DNA of 64,000 nt from Flaccisagitta enflata (taxonomy: Eukaryota): NCBI GenBank assembly GCA_965153355.1, contig OZ231126.1, positions 27,590,001-27,654,000 of the forward strand, given 5' to 3'. A model generated the notes under the pieces. The model was not told the DNA's origin. It ran no database searches and saw only the letters and a list, made by a program, of their open reading frames with translations. The position numbers and the translations under genes were made by a program. Below, one piece after another: positions 37,396-50,829 of this stretch (its first letter is position 1; each line of letters begins with the position of its first letter).

Positions 37396-37717
37396 CGCTT
37401 TATCGTCTCTTTGCTTTTGAGTTCTTTGTCTTCTCTTCTAAGAGACCCGATGAATGTTTCATTATGAGTCACTGCTTTTTGAGTCGATCTAACCTCTTGT
37501 TTAGACACAATGAAAGGCGCACAAATTGTTATTCAATTCTTTTGCTCAACATTGGTAACCAATAATTTATTGCTTTGCAATTCGATTCTTCTCTTCGATT
37601 GCCACTTATAGTTTTGCATCGTTAATTTTTTTGAAACGTCTGTTTCGGTCTCCTCTCTCTAAGTCTGTCTGTCTGTCTGTCTGTCTGTCTGACTGGTTGT
37701 CTGACTGTATGTGTGCG

Positions 37718-37775
<58 letters not shown>

Positions 37776-37954
37776 GTCGATCGGAATACCATTCCGACGC
37801 GGACTATAATTGAGGCGTGGGTGTTCGTCGTCGCCGTTGTCGCTGTCGCCCACATTTTTTGGGAATGAATAATCTTTGAACGCCCACTAATTTGCTCATA
37901 TTTGAGGAAGTTAGATAGTATGTTGCTTGCAGCTATGTAAGTAAGCAGATCTGA

Positions 37955-38900
37955 CCCACCCAGCCCAAGCTCAACCTAGCCTAAAAGTGGTAAATATGCA
38001 TAACTTGCATTTTCTCACCATTTAAGGAAATTTAGTATGTAGTCCTCTAAATGGAAGAACTCAGCATTTGTATTTGAATTGTAAAGATTTTAGCATGCTA
38101 ACTTCCAAAACTGCCTACCACCAACATAGCCTACTAGCCTAAAAGTGAAAAACGTGCATAACTTTGGCATTTTTCAACCCATTAAGGTTAAAACTTGGTG
38201 GTAGTCTCTAAATGGAAGGACTCAACATATGTATTTGATTTGTAAAGATTGCATGCTAACTGGCTAAACTGGCCTACCACCCAACCAGCCTACCAGCCTA
38301 AAAGTGAAAACGTGATAACTTTTGGTATTTTTCAACCGATCAGTTAAAACTTGGTATGTAGTCTAAAATGGAAGGACTCAACATATGTATTTGATTTGTA
38401 AGATTATAGCATGCTAATCGCCAAACTGGCCTACCACCCAACCAGCCTACCAGCCTAAAAGTGAAAACGTGCATAACTTTGGCATTTTTCATCATTTAAA
38501 ATTTGGCATGTAGTCCCTAAACGGAAATCTAACAAATGTATTTGATTGTAAAGATTATAGCATGCTAATTGCCAAACCGCCTACCACCCAACTAGCCACC
38601 AGCCCAAAAGTGAAAAAGTGCATAATTCGGCATTTTTCTACCGATTTATTAAAATTTGGCATGTAGTCCTAAATGGAAGAATTCAACATATGTATTTGAA
38701 TTGTAAAGATTTTAGCATGCTATCCTGCCAAACTAGCCTACCACCCAACCAGCCTACCGCCTAAAAGTGAAAACGTGCATAACTTTGGCATTTTTTCAAC
38801 CGATTTGTTAAAACTAGGTATGTAGTCTCTAAATGGAAGGATTCAACATATGTATTTGATTTGTAAAGACATAGCATGTATTGGCCAAACCGCCAAACTG
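37955..38900. repeat. ~157-bp tandem repeat, about 6 units
   Basis: Recurring cctaaaagtgaaaacgtgcataactttggc...aaatggaaggactcaacatatgtatttg at ~150-160-bp spacing. Confidence 0.88.
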
Positions 38901-38934
38901 CCTTTCTGACAATGCTGGTTGATAATTGCTCGAT

Positions 38935-39470
38935 AACAGCGCCGTTTGACAATGCCGATTACGCTGTTTGATTACGCCGTTGACAACGCCGCTTGACAAC
39001 GCTTTTTTGAACGCATTAGACGGCCGTTTGATAACGCATTTGATAACGCTTATTTGATAACGCCGTTTGATTAACGCTATGACAACGCCGCTTGACAACG
39101 CCATGACAATGCCGCGACAACGCGCCGTTTGACAACGCCATTGACACGCCGCTTGACAACGCCATGGATAATGCCGCTTTGACTACGCTGTTGATAACAC
39201 CGCTTTGACAACGCTATTTGATAACGCTGCTTGACAACGCCATTTGACAACGCCATTTGGATAACGCCATTTGACAACGCGTTTGACAAGCCGTTGACAA
39301 CGCCGTTGACAACGCCGTTGATTAACGCCGTTTGACGACGCCGCTGACGACGCTGCTGACGACGCCGCTGACGACACGCTGATTTCGCGCTGTTTTGACG
39401 CTTGACAACGCCATTTGACGACGCCGTTTGACAACGCCGTTTGACAACGCCATTTGACGACGCCGTTTGA
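38935..39470. repeat. Degenerate 12-13-bp tandem repeat (gtttgacaacgcc)
   Basis: Directly visible. Confidence 0.88.
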
Positions 39471-40109
39471 CCCCAGTCGCGGACCCATACTCTTTTAAGA
39501 TTTTTTTGCCAGAGCTCTTTCCCCCCGCTCCCCATCGTTTTCTCCACCTAAATCTTCCACTTAACTATCGGGGCACGTCCCATTTTCTGTCGTCTGCTGC
39601 TGGTTTTTGTCGCGTGCGTGTTATCACCATCAAATAGCTCGCTTCCCATTGGCTCTCTACCGTTTTGGCTGACAGAGCGATTCTTTGGAGCGTATGGTTT
39701 TTTTCATTGGACGTTTCTCGTCTCTCATGGTCGTCATTGGCCAGCTCTCTTCGTTGTCACGTTTTTCTTGCTCTTTTTTTAGAACGTCCCCAACACGTAT
39801 TCGTGCCACGCGCCGTGCGACCACCATGGGCAATGGACCGCGATGTTCGCTTCACATCCGTGGTCGGAAGACCCGTTTGGGCCTTGAGAAATTGGTTTTC
39901 CTTTTTTTGTGTGGGTATCATCGTTTTACAGGAAACAACTCGTCAAATATTCGTTTTGCAAACACCATCAGTAATATTGGCAGCCATAGTAAATGCTTTT
40001 TATTAGGCAGTCATTTCTTTTTAGTGTTTACTAAACAGAAACAGTTCTCCCTCTGCCCCGGTCTGTTTTCACGCCAGTATCTCTACTTGACTTTTTTCTC
40101 CATCTTGCC

Positions 40110-40999
40110 GTCTCTGTCCAGCAGCTTCTCTGTCCAGCAGCTTCTCTGTCCAGCAGCTTCTCTGTCTAGCAGCCTCTGTCTAGCAGTCTCCCTGTTTAGC
40201 AGTCTCCCTGTTTAGCAGTCTCCCTGTCTAGCAGTCTCCCTGTCTAGCAGTTTCTCTATCTAGCAGTTTCTCTATCAAGCAGTCTCTCTGTCTAGCAGTC
40301 TCTCTGTCTAGCAGTCTCTCTGTCTAGCAGTCTCTGTCTAGCAGCCTCTCTGTCTAGCAGTCTCCCTGTTTAGCAGTCTCCCTGTCTAGCAGTCTCCCTG
40401 TCTAGCAGTTTCTCTATCTAGCAGTCTCTCTGTCTAGCAGTCTCTCTGTCTAGCAGTCTCTCTGTCTAGCAGTCTCTCTGTCTAGCAGTCTCTCTGTCTA
40501 GCAGTCTCTCTGTCTAGCAGTCTCTCTGTCTAGCAGTCTCTCTGTCTAGCAGTCTCTCTGTCTAGCAGTCTCTCTGTCTAGCAGTTTCTCTATCAAGCAG
40601 TTTCTCTATCAAGCAGTCTCTCTGTCTAGCAGTCTCTCTGTCTAGCAGCCTCTCTGTCTAGCAGTCTCTCTGTCTAGCAGTCTCTCTGTCTAGCAGTCTC
40701 TCTGTCTAGCAGTCTCTCTGTCTAGCAGTCTCTCTGTCTAGCAGTCTCTCTGTCTAGCAGTCTCTCTGTCTAGCAGTCTCTCTGTCTAGCAGTCTCTCTG
40801 TCTAGCAGTCTCTCTGTCTAGCAGTCTCTCTGTCTAGCAGTCTCTCTGTCTAGCAGTTTCTCTATCTAGCAGTCTCTCTGTCTAGCAGTCTCTCTGTCTA
40901 GCAGTCTCTCTGTCTAGCAGTCTCTCTGTCTAGCAGTCTCTCTGTCTAGCAGTCTCTCTGTCTAGCAGTCTCTCTGTCTAGCAGTCTCTCTGTCTAGCG
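40110..40999. repeat. 16-bp minisatellite (tagcagtctctctgtc)
   Basis: About 55 units, mostly perfect. Confidence 0.95.
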
Positions 41000-41723
41000 A
41001 CCTTTTTGAGTGAGTCTCAGGCTCAATGTAGCGTACCACAATCCATTCCGCATCTTGGGATGATTTGCTCAAATTCCCTCAATCGCGGTCTGGATATTTT
41101 GACGTGTCCGACATGTATTTCATTTTCCCATAATTCATTATTCTCTTGTGATCTTTCTGACTCAAGATCGTGACTATTTCCTCGGAGAAGGGAGTGCATT
41201 TTTTCGCTTTGCCGAAGCCTTCGGTCTGCTTAAACATTAGTCTTCTTTATTTTCTGAATTTTCCACATCTCTTAGCTGAGTATCGGTATCTGTCCGTCTG
41301 TCTTTGGCTATCGGTTTCTCATGTTTGTTTTTTTACCGTAATTATTTTTCGTCGTTTCTCTCACATTATTTTTTTCTTTGCAAAGCTTATGATATCTTTT
41401 TAATGTCGCGAGCACACGACTAAATAACCTGCTTTGCAGGTCGGTCTGTCGGTTACACTTTGCTTTTTCGACGTTTTTCGTCGTGGATACGCTTCGACCG
41501 TCTGTTGGTCCGTCCTTCACGCTCAAGCTGAAAAGTGCGATAACGCATATCAATGATGCTGCTTGGAAGAGCGCAAAACGATTTCTGGCAAAAAATTAAC
41601 TAACTTCTCATGTGCTGATGTGCCTGAAAGAAAGTATATACCGTTCTGAATTTTTCTTATTTATCTATTAAAATTTTGAAATTTTTTTTTCGGCTTTCCC
41701 CCTCGCAAGTTGCGCTAATGTGG

Positions 41724-41768
<45 letters not shown>

Positions 41769-42725
41769 ATTCGCAAGAAAGAGGCCTAAGCCTCAGATTT
41801 CTTTCAACTTCAAACCACTCCTGATTCCTGAACTTGCGTTTAAAAAAATGAAATTTTATGAATTGAATAAACTTCAGTAAGCAGCTCATGAAATGTTCCC
41901 TGAAATCTGCAGAAGTTTGAAAATTTTTCTTTTTTTTCAAGCATTTTCAAGTATCTTTCTTAATCGGTCTAGTTTTCTCTAATGGCGCCCCGGATTTTTT
42001 CGCTTCTTCTTATCGCCAGATGTTTTCACGTATGGTGGTTGAACTATTTCGGTTTACGCCCCTTTCATTTCAACCTTTCCTTATTCTACGCATTGCACAT
42101 GCCATTGGAGAGTTTTCTAACCGCCGCATTTTTTGCAGAATTTTTACATCAAAACAATTTTCGTATATATTCAGTTATATGCATGCGCTTTTATAATATT
42201 TCCATTGGTTGGTCAGTCGGTCAGTCTCTTGGTTTTCATATTACTGCCCCTGCCCAATTGCTTCTTAGCCTGCTCCTACCTTAACTTTTGTAGCCGCGTA
42301 TCTGGTCTTGTTTTTTTAGGTGATCTTGACGGTGTTGGTAGTGCGGAGTCGCTGTCGCCGCCTTTTCAGAATTCACCCTATTGACAAAACATTTTCTCAC
42401 CTCCAAGGTTGTCTTTTCTCAAAGAATATTATGAAAGAATCATCTTCCACACGTTTCCAGTTTCTCTCCGGGTGTGAATTGGTCTTGAGAGGTTTTTCAT
42501 AACAGCCTAAAAGGTGTCGGATACATATACCTTCTTATCCTTGGCTAGGCTAGGCCCCGTTTTTTCAAAATGCCAAAATGCTCTAGACGGTTAGACCGCC
42601 ATCATAAAGGTAATCGTCGTTTTTTTTCCAGACATAAATACATTCAACCCTTCCATGACTACTCTGAGCGTCTGTCCATCCGGCCGTCTGATACAAACCT
42701 ACAACATTATTGTTGGGCAAGATTA

Positions 42726-42877
42726 TACAAGGCCGGATACACGGTAGTCCAGTCGCGGATGGTTGGGTGGGATTAGTTATGCAAAAACCGCTCGCAATTC
42801 AAAAATGATATGGAGCGACGGACCGACGGACCGACCGACACGGCGAGTTGTACAGTCGCGTGTCCGCGACTAAAAAA
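42726..42877 (-). mobile_element. Family I element
   Basis: acaaggccggatacacgg...agtcgcgga...tccgcgactaaaaa. Confidence 0.6.
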
Positions 42878-43407
42878 GGCATGGCAAACATTTGACATTA
42901 GTGAACTGGTGCGTCCGGTGCAGTGATTAATTTTGCATGGCATCCGAGTTCCGAACAAATCAGTCCCTAGAGAGGCGGTTGTTTTTCTTAAGATGATCTT
43001 TTCTGGGAGAGAACCACAAGCTATGTTATTGTATGTACAGTAGGTTGCAAGTAACTCATCCATGATGACAGTCCGAGCTTGGAAAGAAGTTGACAAGATT
43101 TGAGACTTTTATAGAATTTCTCTCTTTTTCTTTTCATTCTATTTGTTCACGCGTCGATTTAGATTCAAAATTTGTGTTTACCTTCTCCGGCCTGACTCTT
43201 GGATTCCCTCTGTTTGGACATCCTGACTTTTTGAGCGTCATTTACATCAAAACTTCCAAATTTCATCCGTTCTGTTTTCTCTCTCTCTCAATCCCCCTCT
43301 GTCTCTCTCTATCTCTGTCTCTCTCTGTCTCTGTCTCTCTCTGTCTCTGTCTCTCTCTATCTCTGTCTCTCTCTATGTCTGTCTCTCTCTATCTCTGTCT
43401 CTCTCTA

Positions 43408-43509
<102 letters not shown>

Positions 43510-45589
43510 TCGACATTCACAGTTAATTTCAAAAACATTTTTCCAAGACTCGGAAGTTGGTTTCAGTCATCACTTCCATAATTCGACCCCTCAATGAATT
43601 CGACTGGGTAGATCCGTCGTAAGTTAACTTCTAAAAATGTTTATTTCTCCACCCGAGAGTTCAATCCAGATGACATCTCAATCCAGCAGGTTTCACGTTT
43701 TGATTTTTTTTTTATACTTCCTATTTAAGAGTTGAAATATCTGGGAAGGTATAAAATTACATCGTCAAATCGGAGAGCGTTTATATTGAGTATGGCAGGT
43801 CTCACCAAAACACTCGGAAAAGATGTGCTAATTTTGGGTTTCTGGAAGTAGGAGAGACGATTTGTAACTTTGTTCTCCTGGGCTCTGGAATTTTTTGCCT
43901 TTTATTGTTCGAGGTTTTTTCTCCCGATTGTCATTCCTCTCAAATCTGCTGCTTTCTCGATGGAAATTTATTTCTTTATTTCTGCTGTGTTTAAAAACTC
44001 GGCCCATAAGTAATCGCTGGCGGGTGGGTAGGGGCAGTAGTGCAATTTGGCTGGGACAGAATGTGGTAAGCGGGGGCTATAGTGTGGCTTGGCAGAAGCC
44101 TTTATGCTCAAAAATCGCTGTATCAGACGATTTCGCGTCATCAAAATTTTCGCGTTCCGGATCTTCTGACAAGGGGACACACCCTCTTATAGAGTCGCAT
44201 AGCCAGCGACTAAAATTATCACCCATTTTGATTTTACTCCGTCGTTGCAAGTTTTCCAATTTGTATAATTTTTTGTCTATCTACTGACGCCCGTTAGTCT
44301 AGTACAGACTGTATGGACAATTTCGGCTCAATCGTCAAACAAGGCCGGATACATGGCTACCAAAGTCGCAGGCGAGTGGGCAGGGGCAGTGATGAAAAAG
44401 CTATATCAAGCATTTGGGCAGGAGCAGTAATGCAAATGTCGCCCGAAAACGCGACTAAAAATGAGCATTTACGTATAGGTTCAAGATTTGCGATGCGTGT
44501 CTCATACGAAAACCTTCTATCACGCTTTTAAGGGATGATATCCCTCTATATTGCGCCGATCCTTTGTTGCTGGCAGGCGGTAACTCTCCCAGAATGTTTG
44601 TGGTTTGTGGATATCATCCAACTCCCTATCCTACGGTCGTACACGATCAGGTCATATCCTTTTTTTTTCGTCGGCAGTTCGTTACTCTCCAAGAGGGATA
44701 CAAGGTTAAGTTCATTGGCCAATGCCATGCCCTAACTTGGCTTCCTAAGCCTCTACCGCATATAGGAAAATGGTCTGTGGGGGAAAAAACATCCGTTATC
44801 GCAAAAAAAATTTCTGGGCTAGCTTTTTGATAGCCTTTTGTTCTTAGTTGCGGACACGCAATTCTATGAGAGTCTTTATCCATCCGTCGGTCTGTCTGTC
44901 CGTTGTAATGATCAAGTTGGAAAGAAGGAAAACAAGCGTTTAAGATAAATAGTGTATGATTGTGTGTGGGGGAGTTTAGTGCTTCACATAGCAAAAGTTA
45001 GGAGTATCCCTTCACCATACTTACGTAATGTGGAGGATTATTATTTTTTTTCAGAATTCCTTTATCTTCTATTTTTGTTTTGACCATAAATCCAAGAAAT
45101 CAGTAAAATCCTCTGTAGTTATGTTAAATAATTGTTTAGGAAAATCATAGTGCTTGAAAGAATTGATTAAAATATCAAAACGTAAGCTTTGAAAAAGTTT
45201 GCTAAAAGGCAGATCAACAATTCAATAAAGAGTAAAAATTAGTAAAAGTTAATTTAAAAAATGTCAGCATAATGTTTCATCCCATTACATTATGCAAATT
45301 AACTCCTTAAAGATAATTTGCTAGAAAATGGAAGATCATCAATTTTTGATAAAAGAAAAATGGTCTTAAAATTAACTCCTCCATAATGAATAAAGAGGGT
45401 AAAAAGAAATAACCATGTGAAGCACCCAAGTTGGGGAGTTTTGGTCGGGGTGTGGATAGGGGTTGGACGCCCCTGCCCACCCCTCCGCAACGATATTTTG
45501 ACCTGCATCACTTGCTGATTTTGATAACGATAGCTTCAAATTAAAAGAAAACTATGGCATGGAAAGAAGTTTTCTCATAATTGATGTTC

Positions 45590-45742
45590 TTTTTAGTTGC
45601 GGGCACGCAACTCTATAAGAGGCTTTCTGTCCGTCCCTCGGTCCGTTGGTCCGTCCATCAGCACGAGTCGAAAAGTGGGAAAACGCACACATCCGCCCCT
45701 GCCCACCCATCCGCAACTGGTGGCCGTGTATCCGGCCTTGTT
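45590..45742 (+). mobile_element. Family I element
   Basis: ttttagttgcgg...ccgcaactggtggccgtgtatccggccttgtt; closely similar to 926-1067. Confidence 0.65.
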
Positions 45743-46726
45743 ACAAAATAAAGCACGAAATTGTGGATTTTCCATTTATTTCTTAAAGTGTCCCAAGAAA
45801 TCGTCAGAAACCACGGTGTAGAGCCCCGAAAAAACAAGGGGGGGGGGGCATTGGTCATTGAACTTGACTGAATTTGACCCTGTCTTCCTCTGTGTGAAGC
45901 CGTGAGTTTTTCTTGAGGTAGTGGCTTCCGGAGAGGCCCCTTTAAGGCCGCTGCCCCTCTCACCGCAGAGGCGAAGTTCAATCCATCTGTAAAACGCTTT
46001 TGCTATTGTTGGGTGTCTGCAATGAGGGGTCGCGGTTATCAAGTTGCACTTTGATGGATCGCGCGAAAGTGTACAGCACGCTACGATCTAGGCATCTCTC
46101 GCTGATCCTCAAATGGTTTTGTCGCTGCTGTGTAAGGGTTGGGCTCATAATTATATCTTGATTATTTTTTTCAACCCTCCAACTTTCATTTCAATCCCCG
46201 GTCGATAGGTGCTTTTTAAGTCTCTCTGTTTTCTTCAAGTTTTGTTACAAATGGTCTGAAAATAGGTGTCAAAGCGATGAAATAAAATCCCCAGGATTCT
46301 CTCGTGCCCTCTTGGGTTTTTTTGAATATCCACATCAAACTTGTTTTCTTTCCAGTTGCTTGGGTACTTTCACCTTCTTCAACTGACAGTAATAATTATT
46401 GGTTCAATTGATTCGCCTAAGTATGTCGTTGTCTAGGCAATTTAGCTTTATTAGGATTAATATTTAAAGAACTAGCTGCTGGTTATCCTGAATTTTCCTG
46501 AGTTTTTAAATCAAATGAGGAACCGACCGACCGACCGATTTGACTCGTCTGTGACAATTGAAAGAAATTAGGATAACTTTGTATTGATGTAACGTGAGAT
46601 TCGCAAGGGCCTTGAATCCCTAAGGAAGGGTTCGTAATGGGACTGATCGACCATTTCATGGATCGACCGACCAACTGACTGAAAAGTGGCTCACTGAGTT
46701 TTTGTCTCGAGTTGAACAAAGAATGT

Positions 46727-47738
46727 GGGTCATTTCAGCACAAATCACACAAACTATAAAACCCAAAAAAATAGATTTGGCTCATTTTTGGTGTACAGAT
46801 AGCCCATGTGGAGATATGCATAAATCCCGAATTTTTTTGCTCTACGACGCATATTTTGGATTTTACGGGGGTTTGAAATTTGGCCCCCACGGGGTACCCC
46901 CAAATCTTTAAAGGGCCATAACTTGGCCTGTAGTTGAGCTAGAAAGACAATCTTGGTGTCAATCATCTAGTTTTGGACCAAAGAATCTGATACAACAAAA
47001 AAATTGGTCAAAAATTTTTTTTGGGGGGGTGATTACCCCTAGGGGTGGTTATTTGGGGTAGGGGTACCTAGTACGGTGAAATTTGGAAAAATTCAAATTG
47101 AAAAAGAAACTTCATGGTTTTTTGTATCATATTCAAAAATAAAAAACATGTGTATAGACCTCCTAGACGCTGAAAAAAAAATAATAAAATGGCTTGTTGG
47201 ACCATTTTTCTCATTTTCACCCAAAAATGGCCCAAGAAGGGTAAAAATGTAACAAATAGCCCGACAAGCCATTTTATTATTTTTTTTTCAGTATTAAGGA
47301 GGTCTATACACATGTTTTTTATTTTTGAATATGATACAAAAAACCATGAAGTTTCTTTTTCAATTTGAATTTTTCCAAATTTCACCGTACTAGGTACCCC
47401 GGGGTACCCCAAATAACCACCCCTAGGGGTAATCACCCCCCCAGAAAAATTTTTTGACCATTTTTATTGTTGTATCAGATTCTTTGGTCCAAAACTAGAT
47501 GATTGACACCAAAATTATCTTTCTAGCTCAACTACAGGCCAAGTTATGGCCCTTAAAAGATTTGGGGGTACCCTGGGGGGGCCAAATTTCAAACCCCCGT
47601 AAAATCCAAAATATGCGTCGTAGAGCAAAAAAATTCGGGATTTATGCATATCTCCACTTGGGCTATCTGTACACCAAAAATGAGCCAAATCTATTTTTTT
47701 GGGTTTTATAGTTTGTGTGATTTGTGCTGAAATGACCC
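46727..47738. mobile_element. Foldback element, Sola2-like (GGG...CCC termini, 4-bp TSD)
   Basis: ~480-bp near-identical inverted arms gggtcatttcagcacaaatcacac...gtgtgatttgtgctgaaatgaccc with a short spacer; TSD atgt at 46723-46726 and 47739-47742. Confidence 0.8.
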
Positions 47739-50280
47739 ATGTGACTTCCCGTCGCGCCAAACTTGCCGCAAGTCTAGTCGCCGATTCTTGGTAGGGAGCG
47801 CCTATTTTCACTCATTTTGATTTCCATGTAACATTTTGTGCTTCGCGACTCTACAAGCCACTTTCGTCCGTCCATTGGTCTGTCCGTCCGTCTGACACCA
47901 TGTCGTTTGATAAGTTTTTTATCGCGTTTTTCTTGTTTTTAGCTTTGTTTAAAAGAAACAGCTAGATCCAAGATAGTTCTAGAAAAAGTTTGTCTGTTTG
48001 TCTGTCTGCCTGACTGACCCTTTTAAGAGAGTTCCTTGACTACTGCTCATTTATGTGCGCCATAGCACCTCTGCAACTGGGTCTGTCAGTCCGTCCATCT
48101 GTGTTTTTATGAAGGCATAAGAGGGGATGGTAATAATGTCAAATCGGAGTTTCTGGAACTCTCAATGAGTGTCAAGGAGCTTCTAACAGGTTAAATTGGA
48201 ATTACGATGGTTTCAAGTAAGGGTCATAGATGTAAAATAGTAAATGAAGAACGTCCGGCATACCGATTTGGTCCAGGTATGTGGCCTTGTTGATGATAGT
48301 TTTTCCCCGTCCGAGCTTTGAAGCAACTAGTTGCGCACTTCGGAATTCTCCCTCTGCGACTCGTTCCTTCTTCGATCTCTGGCACTTCGCCAGTGTTCAT
48401 CATCTCTCTTCAAATCCTACACTTTTTTTAACCTTCGTTATTTTGAAATTTCGGAAAGAATTTTAACGAGTTGGGAATATTTGACGATCATTTCCACGCC
48501 CGTCTGTTTAGCTGCGAATTATCAAGAAGATCCTTCAATTTAGTCGCGTCTCTCCACCCACCTACAATTGAACCTAGGCATAGCTTAGGTATACTGATGA
48601 CTGTTATTCTGTATGATAATTGATCAGGGACAGTGATGCTAGAACTTCTAATGCCCCCCCCTCCCCTACTCAAAACAAAAACAGACTTGTACATCGGCTA
48701 TAAGAAAACGCTCCTTCATGGGGCTTTACAATTTCGTCTCCCCTTCTGTGTGGCCAGTCCCTGGAGATGTACAAGATGCGCACCTGTGACTCTCATGAGA
48801 ACAGTCAATAAAGAAATCATTTTAAGAATAGAGCTTTTTTTACATATTGGCATTTACCAAGACTATTCTGCTCTCTCACTGGTAAAGATCACGGAAAAAA
48901 ACGGCGAATGGAGAACTATAAAGGCGACCCCTTTATCGGAGAACATTCCATTCGCCTCCCCAAGAATGTGTGGTCTGTCAATTGGGGAAAATAGTGACCT
49001 CTTATGAAAGAAGTGCGTTCTTAAACCTCTCATATTTGCTCTTATATTATCTCGTGTAAACAAAATTGACCAAAGTTTTTTATCTTGATTGGTGTCTTGG
49101 CGGAGAAAATATCTCACGTGCTCTCCTTTCGGTGAATCAAAGAGAAACGTTTTAGAAATAAATATTTGTAAAAACATTTGATAGACTGAAATGTCCATAC
49201 TGGAATTAAGATGCCGCCGCTTCTTTTTGATTAGATTTTTTCATCATAACACACGCATTTTATATGACATCGTACAAGTATTTGAGCAGGGCCGGTCTCT
49301 GAGACCACCTGAATATGATCGGGATGTGTCTTCTAAAGGCCGGAAAACTTACGGCAAAAAAATTACGCTCAGGAAAATTCGTCCAACCTCTACTGCTCCA
49401 CAGAGGAGAATGTCATATTTTACCCTCATTTTTTATCAAAACTTGCCGAAATTTTTAAATCTTCATAAAATCATGATTCCTGTCCTAGTTGGAGTAAAAC
49501 TTTGGGATAGGGCTCATTCGACGCGTATTGTTTAGTAGTTTTTCTGTTCTGTTCTGTTCAGCTCAATCGGTCAAGTGGTTGTAGAGAAAATCGAATTTCT
49601 TTTCAAAAAAGGCAACTTAATTTTACTCTTTTTTTTTCTGACACGGTTTGTAGCAACTCCGTATACGCACGTGTGCGCAAGATATGGCTCCCATGGCTAA
49701 GATAGATCCAAAGCATGATGCATTAGGGTCTAAAAGCCGCGTGGCGAGCCGAGGTGACCCCCAACTGATCGCTCTACAACTTATTATTCACTTTCAGGTC
49801 CAAATCGCTAAGAAATAGAACTCACGAATTTTTATAATATTCATAAAATCATAATTCCTGTTCTCATGGCAGCAAAACTTTGGGATAGGGCTCATTCGAC
49901 GCGTATTTTTTAGTAGTTTCTCTGATAAAAATTTCGCTCCATCGGTCAAAGAGGTTGCTGAGAAAATTTAATTTCTTTTTCAAAAAAGGCCCAAAAATCA
50001 GATTTTTTTCTCATTTTTACATTTTAAATCTCAACATACGCGCGTGTACGCAAAATATTGCTCCCACGGCCAAGATAGATCCAAAGTGATGTATTGGGGT
50101 GTAAAAGCCGCGTGGTGAGCCGAGGCGACCCACAACTGACCGCTCAACAACTTATCATTCACCATCAGGTCAAAATCGCTATAAAATTGAACACACGAAA
50201 TTTATAAATCTTCATAAAATCATAATTTCTGGTCTAAAACTTTAAGATAAGGCTTATTCAACGCATAGTTTTAAGTACTT

Positions 50281-50495
50281 TTTTGGCGCGTGCTACGCAA
50301 CTCTAAATCCTGCTTTGTCGGTCCGTCCATTGGTCTGTCCGTCCGTCCGTCCATCCGTCTGCCTGTCACACTTTACTTTTTCAGCGTTGATGGGGGTTTT
50401 GGCCCTATTGCTCCTGCCCAAATGTTCCACTGACCTCAATTATGGCCCCTGCCCACCCGCACGCGACTGGGGTAGCCGTGTATCAGGCCTTGTTC
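50281..50495 (+). mobile_element. Family I element nested in the Chapaev-like element
   Basis: Closely similar to the reverse complement of 61663-61873. Confidence 0.65.
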
Positions 50496-50829
50496 TTTAC
50501 AAAAGTAACTCAACTCAGTCGGTCAAGGGGTTGTCAAGAAAATTGAATTTCTTTTCCAAGAAAGGCCTTAAAATTAGTTTTTTTTCTCAATTTCACCGTT
50601 AACGACTCAATGTACACCAAACATTGGGTCAGTTCCTATTCGTGACAGCCGCGTTTTTAACAAGCCACTTGGTCGCTCACTACATTCATTCACTCGCACC
50701 GCTCACTCTGCTCATTTGCTCTCCAGCATAAGGCTTGCCTCATCCACAGGCTGGCTCACTCACTTTGATCATTCACATTGCTCACTTTGCTCACTCACTT
50801 CACTCCCTCATGGAATGGTTGAGATTCAT

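Noticed and set aside
42320-42407. + strand exon bridging phase 0 to phase 1
   Set aside because: The acceptor is supplied by the T-rich end of a family I fragment, the donor is weak and the peptide is unconvincing.
46702-47811. Duplicated ORFs on opposite strands
   Set aside because: A consequence of the foldback element's inverted arms.
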